DNA of 49,546 nucleotides, filler included, from Catajapyx aquilonaris (Eukaryota): NCBI GenBank assembly GCA_000934665.2. It is 3 parts of 3 records of this genome, joined end to end, with 100 filler letters (N's around TTAATTAATTAA, not from the genome) between each part and the next. Parts side by side here need not be neighbours in the genome. Positions count along the whole stretch, not along the records: positions 33,074 to 49,546 come from JYFJ02007186.1; 2 more parts are not named here. One strand, 5' to 3'. Shown piece by piece: positions 36,419 to 47,630 of this stretch (position 1 is its first letter; each line of letters starts with the position of its first letter). The notes under the pieces were generated by a model. It saw only the letters and a program-made list of their open reading frames with translations, ran no database searches and was not told where the DNA came from. The position numbers and the translations under genes were made by a program.

Positions 36419-38760
36419 TCTTGGGCCGGTTCTTTTCGTATACAGGAAGTGAATGGAAGAATATCTGCTATATTCCAACTATATTGACCATGACGTCTGA
36501 ACTTTGGTCGCGGAGGAAATAATAGCTTTGGGACGGTGATCAGCTAGCTTACTTTTATTAATAAATTATGTACTTTTTGGTTATGTAACATGGGAAATGG
36601 TAATGTCAAAGGCTTAACTTATAGTAGAGATATGAGGCATTATGCATGAGCCATGCTCATGCGTAAGACAACTTGAGATGATGAATTTGAATTAACAATG
36701 CATGCCTTAACGATTTCTTTTCCATAAACGCAATAGTCTATCATGTGAAAACACTTATTTGTTGCAAGATGATGAGATTTTACTAAGCGATAACTTACCT
36801 TTTTTTAAAAAATATTTCAAGCCAGTCCTTGTCAATATTTCTAAGAGTGGCATACCACAACATGTTAAATGAAATCATCTTAACATTTACAAATTGATGC
36901 AGGTACAGTAAAAATGACAGTAACGACAATACCACTCATATAATTTAAAAATTCTGCCTTTTACTACATAGTCCCAGGCACCCAGCAGTTATTACTAAGG
37001 GATAACTTAAAATCATAATATGACCTGCAATGCAGAACGATCAAAGTCACGTGGAAAGGATTTCAGAAAATGAAGGTTTGAAGATATACCATGACCCTTA
37101 ACATGGGATGATTTATTTTCCAACATATGAGTATGGGGCGTAATTTCTGTACCAAAAAACTGACTTTACTATCAGAAAGTACTGTACATCTTAAATATAA
37201 TACAATGCCTAACTCAATTTTGCACGTAACCTGATCGTTCTTCATTTCAGGTATGTGTGTTATAAAAATATCAAGGTATAGGCTATTCTCGATATAAAGA
37301 GCTGGAAATGCAGCCGCCCTTGCACTAGCAGTGTTAGAATTTGTTGCCGGTAAGAGTAAGAGAAATAGGAAAAGTCTATTTGCCTTTTTATAATGCCAAA
37401 TTGTCTTCCTGATGTAACATTTGAAATGATTGCGACATCATCAAATGAAATGCACTACATGAATCAATGCAATAACAAAACATGTGTAACTGCCCGGGCA
37501 TTACTTGTCACAATTGAGTGTCGTTTCTTTTATAGAGGGCATCTATTTATTGCATTCGCAGATTAAACTTGACCTGAAAGGGGTTAGCCCTATATTTGAC
37601 CCCGAGGCTAAAAACGAATAACAAGCTAACCTTCTCCCGACGAGGTTACCTACATAGACCCTTCTGACATATTTATAAGGCCATTTCGGGAACCAAAAAT
37701 AGTTCGAAACAGACCACAGAGATTTTCACTTTATCAAGGGCCACCAAGAAATCGATTTGCGATTCTCGTGTGAGGGACCTCTACTATACCGCGATAACAT
37801 CTCGGGAAAATAAAACCTTCCCTGCACATGGACAGAACATTAACAGCCAAAAATAATCTTTCAAGGGATATCAAGGAACATTTTTAATAGCAGGGCGTGA
37901 CGAAGTGTCATTTAAAATTTTTTAATAGCGTTCCTAAGACCCTCTGGGTAAATGCACGGATATAAGTGAGCAGCTTAACCTTGAAACTTTCCTATGTCAC
38001 TTTCTATTGAAAAAAAACTTGCCAATTTTGGTTCAAGGGCGCTAAACTATTTAACTCAAGGTTCCAACAAATTCCTGGTGAAAGCACACATGCGAGCAAA
38101 AAACTGTCCCATGCGCATACAAAACGAGAAACCCACTGACCAGTGAAAGTACCTTAAAAATTCATGTACGATACTAATTGGCTCTCGATATATTCAGATC
38201 ATTCTTCAGTTCCACTCTGACAATGACGCGGCAATTACAAACTAGCATGTAGAAATAGTCCTACAATTATTATTAGTATAGCTAGCCGCATAATTATGAA
38301 AAGCGCTCCTCATGAATAGGCAAAAAGATGAAGCAAGACGTACCTGTATTTGGGGAGCGGAAGAGCGTCGGTCATACCTGCAGGCCGAGGTCCATTGTCC
38401 GCAGTGTTATCGGTGCCAGCCCGTGCATGGAGTGGACCCCTGCTGGACGACAGCTCCAACTCAAAAAACGCTGCCTTGCTTTCTGGCAGAGGTCGCATGC
38501 GCCGCTTAACTACTGTACCTCGCGTGTTTCTACCCATATGAAACTCTTCGTCCTATACGAACTTTCGTATTTCTTCTCCATCTCGAGGACTTCTGTCAAC
38601 TTCTATTGTTTAAGCAAAACAGGTTGTTTTCATTCAGATGTTATATTTTGATTTGTTTTTTAAAGTTTGGACAGTTTAGAGCCCTAATTTTGTACTGTAG
38701 GTCTGTTTGTGTGTTGTAAAAAATTGAGACTTTTTTTAGTAGTTCATTCCATGGGTATTA

Positions 38761-38966
38761 GGGTCATTCAGATAAAAACGAGCCACGGTCATATAGCAAA
38801 TTTCCGGATGCTGGGTTTGTCGCGACTTCTTCGAATGGCCAACTGTCAGTGTGTCATAATGATAATACTACACCGGTACGGCCTTCGTTTTGTGTATAAG
38901 ACGTCGTCGCGACAAACCCATCCGGAAAGCTATATGACCGTGGCTCGTTTTCATATGAATAAACCT
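38761..38966. repeat. Imperfect inverted repeat / small MITE
   Basis: aaaacgagccacggtcatatagc..tttccggatg..gggtttgtcgcgac mirrors gtcgcgacaaacccatccggaaagctatatgaccgtggctcgtttt. Confidence 0.75.
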
Positions 38967-39364
38967 TATATTATTTACAAGTATACTGTACAGTTGTGGG
39001 CCTGTTGTTGCTAGATAACTGCAGCGCATTTTATTATTTAAGTGAAGCAATGACAGGCAGCAATATTTATGTTTGCAACCACGGTATGATTAGCTGATTT
39101 GGGTCACGTAATCTGCAGGGATATCGCAGTTTCATCCACAGAAATAGGGTCTCCAGCTACAGGGTGGTGCAAAAGGTTTGCAATGCATCTTTAGGTTCCT
39201 GGATTATTTTTAGGATGAAATTAACTCTATAGAGTTAATTTCATCCCAAGAGTGTACTGTATGAAAAACATTTTCTGTTCCTCAGACGATCCGTCCAGTA
39301 AGGATGGTTGTTGTGTGGAATCATACCACTACCGGTGCAATGTCTCAGATTTGGGCCATGTGCA

Positions 39365-39500
39365 CTCCCCCAAGAGGCTAGGTTGCCAGACACCTCCAAG
39401 GTGAGGATCAGAGACCCTCGCCGACGCAGGTGAAAAGGAACTCCCAGGCGGGGATCGAACCTGGGACCTTTCATTCAGCAAGCCGAGACACACTGACACC
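39365..39500 (-). mobile_element. tRNA-derived SINE family B copy
   Basis: Reverse complement of 41595-41720 (ggtcccaggttcgatccccgcctgggagttcc...ggtgtctggcaaccta). Confidence 0.8.
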
Positions 39501-40432
39501 TAATATAGCCGACATGGACAAAATTAACTAGAGAGACTTGTGGAATATTTCAAGAAATCTGAGTCTGCGAGGAAGTTGATGCGCAACTTTCACATCTCAC
39601 TACATATTGTTTATAATGTATGGACTACTTTTATCACTCTTGATTATTGTAATGAAGATGGATTATTATACTCCCAAATTTTGCAATCAAGGGCTTTGTA
39701 TCTATAAAGTGTCAGTATTATTATCATTTATCATCACAAAAAATCGAGCAAAGGTGAGACAATATCAAATAAAAACACAGTAAATATTGACAAGTGAATG
39801 GACAAGATTGACCCATAACCTCGGGTTTGAAAAATTATCGGCCACAGGATAATATTAACCTGTTAATTTATCAGTGTGAACTGATTTTAATATGCAGTTG
39901 ATTTTTATTGTAATAACAGTGCCACTGAACATATAATCTCTGTGACTACAAAATTCACCAAAAAGAATAAGCTGCAAAATACAGATCAGTGGTATTTATA
40001 TTATTCACACAAATCTCTTGCAATCTTTTTTTCTGACATTAATAAGTTTATATTATCATACACTTCTGCAGGTCGAGATTGCATAATTATATAGGGTGAG
40101 TTTAAACTCCAGGTCAAACTCCCATCAAGTAGCCTACTCTTTGGAGGCGATTATGAAAAAGCGATTTGCATCCGCAATAACCATGACCATGATGTTTACA
40201 TATTGCTTTCTACAGACAGCCAATGTATGTGAAAATTTTCATTATGTCTGCCGACAGTTAAATGGTCGCCGGACCCCATAATCTTGTAGGGGTAGGAAAA
40301 TGTTCATCGTCATCTCCGGTTGTGTTTTCAACATTTCTCGCCCGTACATTTTAGACCTGTATATAGGGCTGGAGTTATGATTTACTCTGTACAGTGTAAT
40401 GTAGGCTATTAATTTTCAGACTGTCCCGAAGA

Positions 40433-41388
40433 TTATTTTCCATTATTCATGCATATATCAATCTCTTTGTATGTGTTGCAGTCGTCTACATTACACAGGT
40501 CAGCTGGAAATAAAACAGTTCTAATGAATAATCTGGGGGGAAAGCCTTAGAAGAATCTTATAGGGCCTACCCGTTTTTTTCAAGCAATCGATTTGTGTGC
40601 TGGTGAAATCCTGAAAGCCACATTCTTGCATGGCTCCCATCAAAATTTCGGCATCCACTTTTCCATCAGCTTTCAACTGAATATGACCATGTAAGTTGTG
40701 TTAGTCATGTACACTCGTATGTATCACGGGCAAAGTATAGCAAACAGTGAAAGAAGCGCTCAAGCGAAGATTTACAGAATATTGTTCTACTTCCGCTCTT
40801 TCTTAACATAACATTAATGCAGGCAGCCACGACTTACGTAGATCCGGACTTACCATTATAATTTGATCGCATGGGACAGATGAGGTGGTGAGTCTATCTG
40901 GACTAACTCATAAGTTAGTCCAGACTCACCACCTCATCTGTCCCATCTGATCAAATTATAAATTGAATCACATTGCATCTCCCCTTGTTGGCCTCAAAAT
41001 GTCTCGTTAAGTCCAGTGTGGACGGATGGAATTAAGTTTAACTGTTGATCTGGACTGCTTCATTTCTTTGGCTAAATTCTTAACTTATAATGTTGTACTT
41101 ACCGCTCCGCAAGATCTAACCATGCACATGTGAATGCACTGAAATGAAACAGTGTCACAAGTTTGGGCTTAGATTATGTCAGTATTGACGTTAATCTGTG
41201 ATCTAACCAATCTAACTTACTCTTTCTCTGCTGCAGTCTTGCAGCTGATCCATTGTCAACTTACACTGCAAAAAGTGCAAATACTTGAATGCTTTTTAAA
41301 ATTAATGGCTTCAACTTACCTCTGCATGTGCGCCATGGTTCAGGAGGATGACAGTGAAGCTAAAGAGAAAGACACAGGCTAACTTCAT
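40433..41388 (-). CDS. Small secreted cysteine-rich protein, multi-exon (odorant-binding-protein-like); middle exons uncertain
   Basis: GT-AG exons: 41320-41388 MKLACVFLFSFTVILLNHGAHAE (signal peptide); 41221-41265 CKLTMDQLQDCSRER; 41103-41115 ILRS; probable 40728-40801; 40571-40676 LKADGKVDAEILMGAMQECGFQDFTSTQIDCLKKT; 40433-40503 ADLCNVDDCNTYKEIDICMNNGK*. Phases are compatible. Confidence 0.7.
40861..40956. mobile_element. 96-bp near-perfect palindrome flanked by TATA duplication
   Basis: tata|atttgatc...atgggacagatgaggtggtgagtct..ctggactaact-cata-agttagtccagactcaccacctcatctgtcccat..gatcaaat|tata. Confidence 0.8.
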
Positions 41389-41567
41389 TGCAAGGCTGAA
41401 AGTGCTGAAGTAATCGGAGTCACTCTGAACCGTCTCTGAAAACATGCAGAATAGTGTAGCCTTATAGTTTGCATGCCATTTCCTGGGAACGTTGGCGTGT
41501 CAAAGTTGTACAGTACATAGTTTCTATTCTGATTTGTTTGCATGCAGTCTAAATTCACATGCCGTTT

Positions 41568-41722
41568 GGGGAAGGTGTGGTGGGCGAGATGGTAACTTCT
41601 CGGCTTGCTGAGTGAAACTAAGGTCCCAGGTTCGATCCCCGCCTGGGAGTTCCCTTTCACCTGCGTCGGGAGGGTCTCTGACCCGCACCTTGCAGGTGTC
41701 TGGCAACCTAACCTCCTAGGGA
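41568..41722 (+). mobile_element. tRNA-derived SINE family B copy
   Basis: A-box-like tgggcgagatgg, B box ggttcgatcccc; matches the 39365-39500 copy. Confidence 0.8.
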
Positions 41723-41963
41723 ACAGCAAATGACCCCCTTTCAGAAAATGAACTTGCACCTATGTTCCCTCCCCAAAATCCCTATCCTTACCCTCTCTCC
41801 TTGATTCCCTGCACCGGAGTTCAGACTGTAGAAAATCGAAAATATCGTGGTGTTCCACCCCTCAACATTGACTAGTTGTTTCATGGGGTACAACTTTAAA
41901 AAAAAAATCACATGCCGTTTTCTTTACACGTGCAAAAAAAAAAAAAAAAATGCTAACAGTATA

Positions 41964-42116
41964 CAGGGGGTCTGAACTTTTTTGTCCGAACAGTTATCGG
42001 AAAAGCCTATGTGTTGAGGGATGTGCCAGGAATGTTGGGGCATATTCTGGCTACATAGCTAGAAGATACATAGGCTTTTCCGATAACTGCTCGGACAAAA
42101 AAGTTGAGACACCCTC
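41964..42116. mobile_element. Small Tc1/mariner-type MITE with TA flanks
   Basis: TA|cagggggtctgaacttttttgtccgaacagttatcggaaaagcctatgt mirrors acataggcttttccgataactgctcggacaaaaaagttgagacaccctc|TA. Confidence 0.8.
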
Positions 42117-42235
42117 TATATAATATATATAATATAATAATCCGGGGTAGTACTGACCTCATCATAGGTATATAGCACGGACCTTTATTTTTATTATGCC
42201 GTGTAGGCCCTATATATTGGAGCATTTCCATTTAC

Positions 42236-42479
42236 ACCTAACGCCCGGGCCCACAGGCAGGATGACAGGAAGGGATGTGCAAGGTGCAGTGCAATGTCTT
42301 ATCCGTTGCCATTTTTAGTGAACTCCCCCGGGTGGTTTAGTCTGTTGGAAATACCACCCGAGACGAAGCCAGAGGTGACCCTGAACTCTGCACGAGATGA
42401 GGAGGGTGTCCCCGGGCTGGGATCTAACCCGGGACCTTAACATCCGTGGGCGCATGCGTTACCGCAGCACCACTCCGCC
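42236..42479 (-). mobile_element. tRNA-derived SINE family A, most complete copy
   Basis: Minus-strand head ggcggagtggtgctgcggtaa...gggttagatcccagccc (A/B-box-like); the body matches 3395-3530 and 12861-13067. Confidence 0.8.
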
Positions 42480-43510
42480 CCCCCNCCCCCCCCCCCCCCT
42501 CTAAATTGCTAGTACTACATTTTTGTATTTTAAAAATATAATTTTTTTTTAGGAGGCTTCTCTTCGTCAAAGAAAAATGGCGTTGCTATTCTCGTAACAA
42601 ATCCCGAAAGAAATCAAGCCAATTGTATTAATATAATAAAGAACATGATATGACAAGATGATCCATGCCATGGGATTTATCATTTTGTCATATTCTTCCA
42701 GTGTCTCCACGTGTGGTTGACAGATTACTAAAAGGGCCAGAAATAGTTTGAAATGATTTTACATTACATGCAGTGCAAGATAGATTCTTTCATTTTTAAA
42801 GGTTAAGCACGTTTTCGTAGACCTTGAAACGATCCTCACAAGTTTGTTGAGATATTCAGGTCAATCACACAGGAAGAAATCATGGGAAAACTAGGTGCAC
42901 CTTTGCTAAATGCACCTTATACATGTGTACCGTCCTGATTTTAGCAGTTATACAAGTGAAATGGTAGAACAAGGACCATGGGTATTTTTATTTTCACAGG
43001 GTTTGCTGCATGACCTTGTTCATAATTTTTTTGCCTTCTCTGCTCTTCCTCCTTGGTGGATCTCAGTCAATGTTCCACTTCTTGAAATACGATCAGGAAC
43101 ATAAGAAAACATTACCAAACTCTCCGTACCATTTACAGCACACGGACATTAAGTAACTTGGCCACCACATCATAATTTGGATTTTTTTCACATAAATCTT
43201 GTAAAGGTACTTAAAGATTTTAGCTTCAACCGAGAAATGGAACGATGCACCAGACTAGAGATGCCTTCACCATCGTACGTGTCGATCTGCATAATTATTC
43301 TCAAATTTTCCTACTGTAAGCCAAATGTTTTGTGCATGGAGTTTCATGTTATCTTAATTAGAGGGTTACTTCTTGCAACACCTTCATCCTCTCTTCACCG
43401 GATATCTCCAGTATGAACCCAAGGAGCCCGAAGACAACGGCTCCTAATAAAAAAGTGACATTAAATTACGTGACAATTATTCGTGTTAATCTTTCTTGGA
43501 TAATAAAAAA

Positions 43511-45160
43511 TTAACTTACTACTAGATATGGCGGTGGACGCAACATTCGGTCCTCGTGATCATCCAACCACGAGTTGACCTTTCGCAGTGAATGCTTTTC
43601 AGGGGATTGTCTCAAACGTAAGCTATATTCTTCATCATCAGGCAACTTTAATTCGTTTCTATTTATCATGTAGTTTGATCCTAGAGAGCTTACCGAGTCA
43701 GTGTGGTAATAGTAATATTTGGTCATTACGCGGTCCACTAGTTTTTCTATCCCATTTACGAGGGTCCGAGAAGATGTCCTGCTGCCGTATTTCTCCTTTC
43801 CCAGCATGTCACGTTCCTCCGAATCAGACTCATCAATACAGGAGTGCAAAGACACCTTTTTTGGTTTCGTACATGATCTCCTTGTCTCTGGAGTTTCGCA
43901 TTCGCAATAGAGAGGGCCAAAATCATCCGTCTTTCCTGCATGTGGATCTACGAAAGGAACGGTAGTAGCCTTGATTTCTGAGTCTACCTGTTGCTCATGT
44001 TTCTCTCCGATACTGGTGTTCGAATCGGTGCCCCAGTGAAAGTTTTGGAATAATACATCAGCATTTCTTGATTCTGTGACCTCCTCATCATTAGCAGATG
44101 TACATGTTGAGCTGTACTTGCTATGCAATGATCTATGTTGGGATCCTTGCTCTAGCTTTTGGGTGGTCAAATATGTGTTCTCACATGTTTCGTCAGAAGT
44201 AGTGGTCATGGTGTTTGAATCTGTTTCCTCTTCCTCTTCTACTTCCTCCTCTGTTTCCTCCTCTGTTTCCTCCTCTGTTTCCTCCTCTGTTTCCTCCTCT
44301 ACTTCCTCATCTAACTCAGGTTCTGTTGACAAGTACGATGATTCGACCTTTTTGCTACGCAGCTCATCCAGTTCAATCACGCTGTATCTGTTCAGCCACT
44401 CATCGACTGGCTGTACATGTCTTGACAGGGCTATCTTTATTAGATAGTCCATCTTGATATAAACAGGTTCAGCGTTCGGATTGACGACTGGTTTGTCGTA
44501 CTTCTCCATGTATTTGTTTTCACCATAAGCGTCCAGCCCTATAGTCCTCAATTTTTTTTGCTCCTGGAGGACATCCTTCACGCCCAGGTCATGCAAACCG
44601 TTCAACAGAATCCTAATGGACACTAGTTTCGAATCATCTGAGCTACTGTACATCATATTCGTGAAAGAACTAATCCAGGCGCGGATCCGTACTCGAAGTG
44701 TTTCCAAACAGGCTCGTATGAAGTAGGTCAATTTGAGCTTCGCATTCTCAAAACTTGGATCAGGGTTTTGCATTCTAATGAAGCAGTTAGTTGATAGACT
44801 TTTGTCTAACGGTAGCCACCTTCTGTAATGCACTTCTTTCCAATAAAGAATCACAGACTCAAGTGTTAATAAGAAGTGAGTGATGGGGTTTGCTTCCCCT
44901 GGACCAGGTACTTGTTTTGTCCTCCAGTTCTTCTGGGCAAATTCCTCTTGTAGGTATATCAGATCCAGGAATTCTTTTAAGAATATCTGATACACCATCG
45001 ATTGGATGGTGGCGGGGTTGAAAAAGTAAACTGAAGAGCCATTCTGCCAGATACAATCCAACTGCTTTTTGGGTCGTTGTACAAGAGTTTTCGATCTATG
45101 AAAATGAGGCGTCTTTAAGTTTTTTTTCATGCGTTGTAGGATCGTTTGACGACTTTGTCT
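43511..45160 (-). CDS. Large exon of an unidentified protein with an acidic (EEET)n tract
   Basis: 551-codon ORF beginning at the acceptor ttttgcag|AGA (45160). A GTAAGT donor just before the stop (~43519) suggests the gene may continue. No recognised domain. Confidence 0.7.
   Translation of the reverse strand, partial: RQSRQTILQRMKKNLKTPHFHRSKTLVQRPKKQLDCIWQNGSSVYFFNPATIQSMVYQIFLKEFLDLIYLQEEFAQKNWRTKQVPGPGEANPITHFLLTLESVILYWKEVHYRRWLPLDKSLSTNCFIRMQNPDPSFENAKLKLTYFIRACLETLRVRIRAWISSFTNMMYSSSDDSKLVSIRILLNGLHDLGVKDVLQEQKKLRTIGLDAYGENKYMEKYDKPVVNPNAEPVYIKMDYLIKIALSRHVQPVDEWLNRYSVIELDELRSKKVESSYLSTEPELDEEVEEETEEETEEETEEETEEEVEEEEETDSNTMTTTSDETCENTYLTTQKLEQGSQHRSLHSKYSSTCTSANDEEVTESRNADVLFQNFHWGTDSNTSIGEKHEQQVDSEIKATTVPFVDPHAGKTDDFGPLYCECETPETRRSCTKPKKVSLHSCIDESDSEERDMLGKEKYGSRTSSRTLVNGIEKLVDRVMTKYYYYHTDSVSSLGSNYMINRNELKLPDDEEYSLRLRQSPEKHSLRKVNSWLDDHEDRMLRPPPYLVVS
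44225..44310 (-). repeat. Coding 12-bp tandem repeat (EEET/EEEV)
   Basis: ttcctcctctgt units on the plus strand. Confidence 0.85.
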
Positions 45161-45659
45161 CTGCAAAATAATGTGAATTTAAGTTTGTAGTCAGATTTTA
45201 TATCTAGAAAAATCCATCGTCCCCTTTGTTTAACTGTGATAATAGAAAAATGAGATTTTCACTAACTAAATGTGACTAACCTACCATAAAATACTTAGCA
45301 TACAATTACCGTATTTTTCTTATTATCAATTATTATTGTATGCAGTTATTCATGATGGGATTGATGGCAAGAAATTGTTACTTTCTCTCTCACCCCCTCG
45401 CCCCTTCTTCTGTCTCCAAGCCAATGAACTGTCTAATAAAGGTTTCTGTGTGATACACCCGACAGTTTACAAACACTACTCGAAAACAACAAGAGCAGCA
45501 GCAACAACAACAACAACATGCTCGTGTTAAATCAATTCATGCCATATTTTTTTCCCCCCATGAGTCAGAACACAATTATTTCAGCTAATGTTGTATGAAA
45601 TTACCTTATCTCCAATCCCACATTGCTCTTATGCAAATATTAGTAACTTGAACATTACC

Positions 45660-46147
45660 TCTTCTTCACGTAACCGCCTATTGTTGTTCTGATAATCATC
45701 CCACTTGGGATAATTTACTCTTCGCTCCACCTTCTCATAGCTTAACAAGCTCTCATATTCTGGATTGCTTGAGACATCAGAAGACTCGAGGCTATTATGT
45801 GGCGGAGGAAGCTCTTTTGGCGACTGAGCCTTGCAATATGTCTTGGTCAATTTGGCCGGCTGGCGTTTAATACTTATGTTGGGAACCTTCGTTTGTATGG
45901 AAGACATTTTCACTTGCGGATCTGAAAGTGGTGTCTTCGATTTGTTGCTCAGAAGGGGTTCGCCCCTCCAGTTGGTCTGGGAAATATTTGGCAATGCCAC
46001 TTGTGGGACAGGGGTAGGGAGCTTATTATGGCTCAGTTTGAAGACTGTGAGGGGTTTGTCAGTGGGTTCGCCTTTGGGAATCCAGATTTGTGGCTCGACA
46101 GGTAACTTCGGTGGAGGTTTCTTGGGGGATGCCAGCTTCAATGAAAT
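45660..46147 (-). CDS. Pro/Lys-rich exon, probably upstream exon of the 43511-45160 gene
   Basis: Open frame bounded by tttag| (46147) and GAG|gtaatg (45660); same strand, ~500 nt upstream. Confidence 0.55.
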
Positions 46148-46805
46148 CTAAATATTGAATTATGAGAGTTACATTTTGTTTTTCTGGTATTCAATTTTTC
46201 ATACCGTAGTTAAGTTATACTTAGAACAAGAAAACAACAACAACGTTACATATCCTGTATCTACACAATGGTCATTGTCGTATTGTCACACCACACCCCC
46301 GTAACCATTGAACTGGTAGATATACAGGTAGCCGAGTATCATGAAAAATTTTCTTTCATAAAAGTCCACTCAATCTATAAAAATAATATCGTGCACTTGC
46401 TTATACTGTTTGCAATACCAAGAGCTAATTAGCTCTTGGCAATACTGAATATTGTTTATATACCGATGCCTATAGGCCACTGATTATAGCCTAAATGGCT
46501 TGAGCGAGGGTTTGATACACTGACTAAGAATAAGTGTGTATGTGAAAGTGATGAAATAAAACAATATTGATCGATAACTCCGTATGTAGTTGATTTGCGA
46601 GGTGCACATTTCAAAAATTACATTTTCTAAGAATCCATTTTTAATGCTTTAATATTATAAAGAAAGACCGGTTATGTAATAAAGTACTTGGCAAATCCCG
46701 GTATATCTTCTGTATAAGGGAGATACTTTCTGAAAAGTGGTTACTTCTGCTTTTATGCAAAGCCATGCTCCTTTAAAAGACATTTCCTGAAACAAGCCAT
46801 TTTAA

Positions 46806-46952
46806 GGGCCGTTTTCTCGAACAGTGGTTCAAATGTAAACCTGGTTCAAAGCCTGTTTAAACCCTTGACAACAGCCTAACAACAATCAAATCAGGGATTA
46901 AACTAGCTTTGAACCCGGTTTACATTTGAACCACTGTTCGAGAAAACGGCCC
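46806..46952. mobile_element. PIF/Harbinger (Tourist-like) MITE with TAA TSD
   Basis: TAA|GGGCCGTTTTCTCGAACAGTGGTTCAAATGTAAACC...GGTTTACATTTGAACCACTGTTCGAGAAAACGGCCC|TAA. Confidence 0.88.
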
Positions 46953-47457
46953 TAAATATCTTATTTTCTGTAGTACGAAGAAAGACTTTTGTGATGAGTG
47001 AGATACAAAACTTGAAAAGTCGTAATACTGGTCTTTTACACAAGAACACTTCAAAAATGATTGTTTAAAAATATTAATTTGAATGAATATTATGTTTTTG
47101 TTTTTATTTTTATTTTACAATTAAAAACCAGTTCGATGAAGAAAAAAACATTAAAACCCGCTGTACAACATACGTACAGTAGCCTATACCTGACAAGTGA
47201 GATACAAAATAATAACTTGTGATATTTGAAAGATTGTCATTTTTCTTTATTTATAAATGGTTTGCAACAGCCTTGCACCTACTTTTCCTGTCATAAAGAA
47301 GCGCAACCATCATCAAATTAGTGTTTATATTACTCCGTTGCAACATTTCCTGTAAATAACATCGCAAAACTTTGTATCTCGCTTATAAACAAGATATACC
47401 TGGAATTGAGATTACTTTATTACATAACCAGTTTTTCGTTATAAAACTAACAATGAA

Positions 47458-47630
47458 GAAGTGGTCTAACGGTTACGCCGTTGGCCAGCCAAGCGGGAGG
47501 CCGGGGTTCAAATCCCGTCCCCGTCACCTCTGCTTGGCCGGGTCTTTTTCCGCTTTTCACCCGACATGCCGGGGCAGAATTGCACTCCCTATCTGCCCGG
47601 GGCCAGGAGAAAAGGCCTGGTGTATTTTCA
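47458..47630 (+). mobile_element. Probable tRNA-derived SINE (further family)
   Basis: A-box-like tggtctaacgg and B box ggttcaaatccc in a GC-rich patch within AT-rich DNA. Confidence 0.55.
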
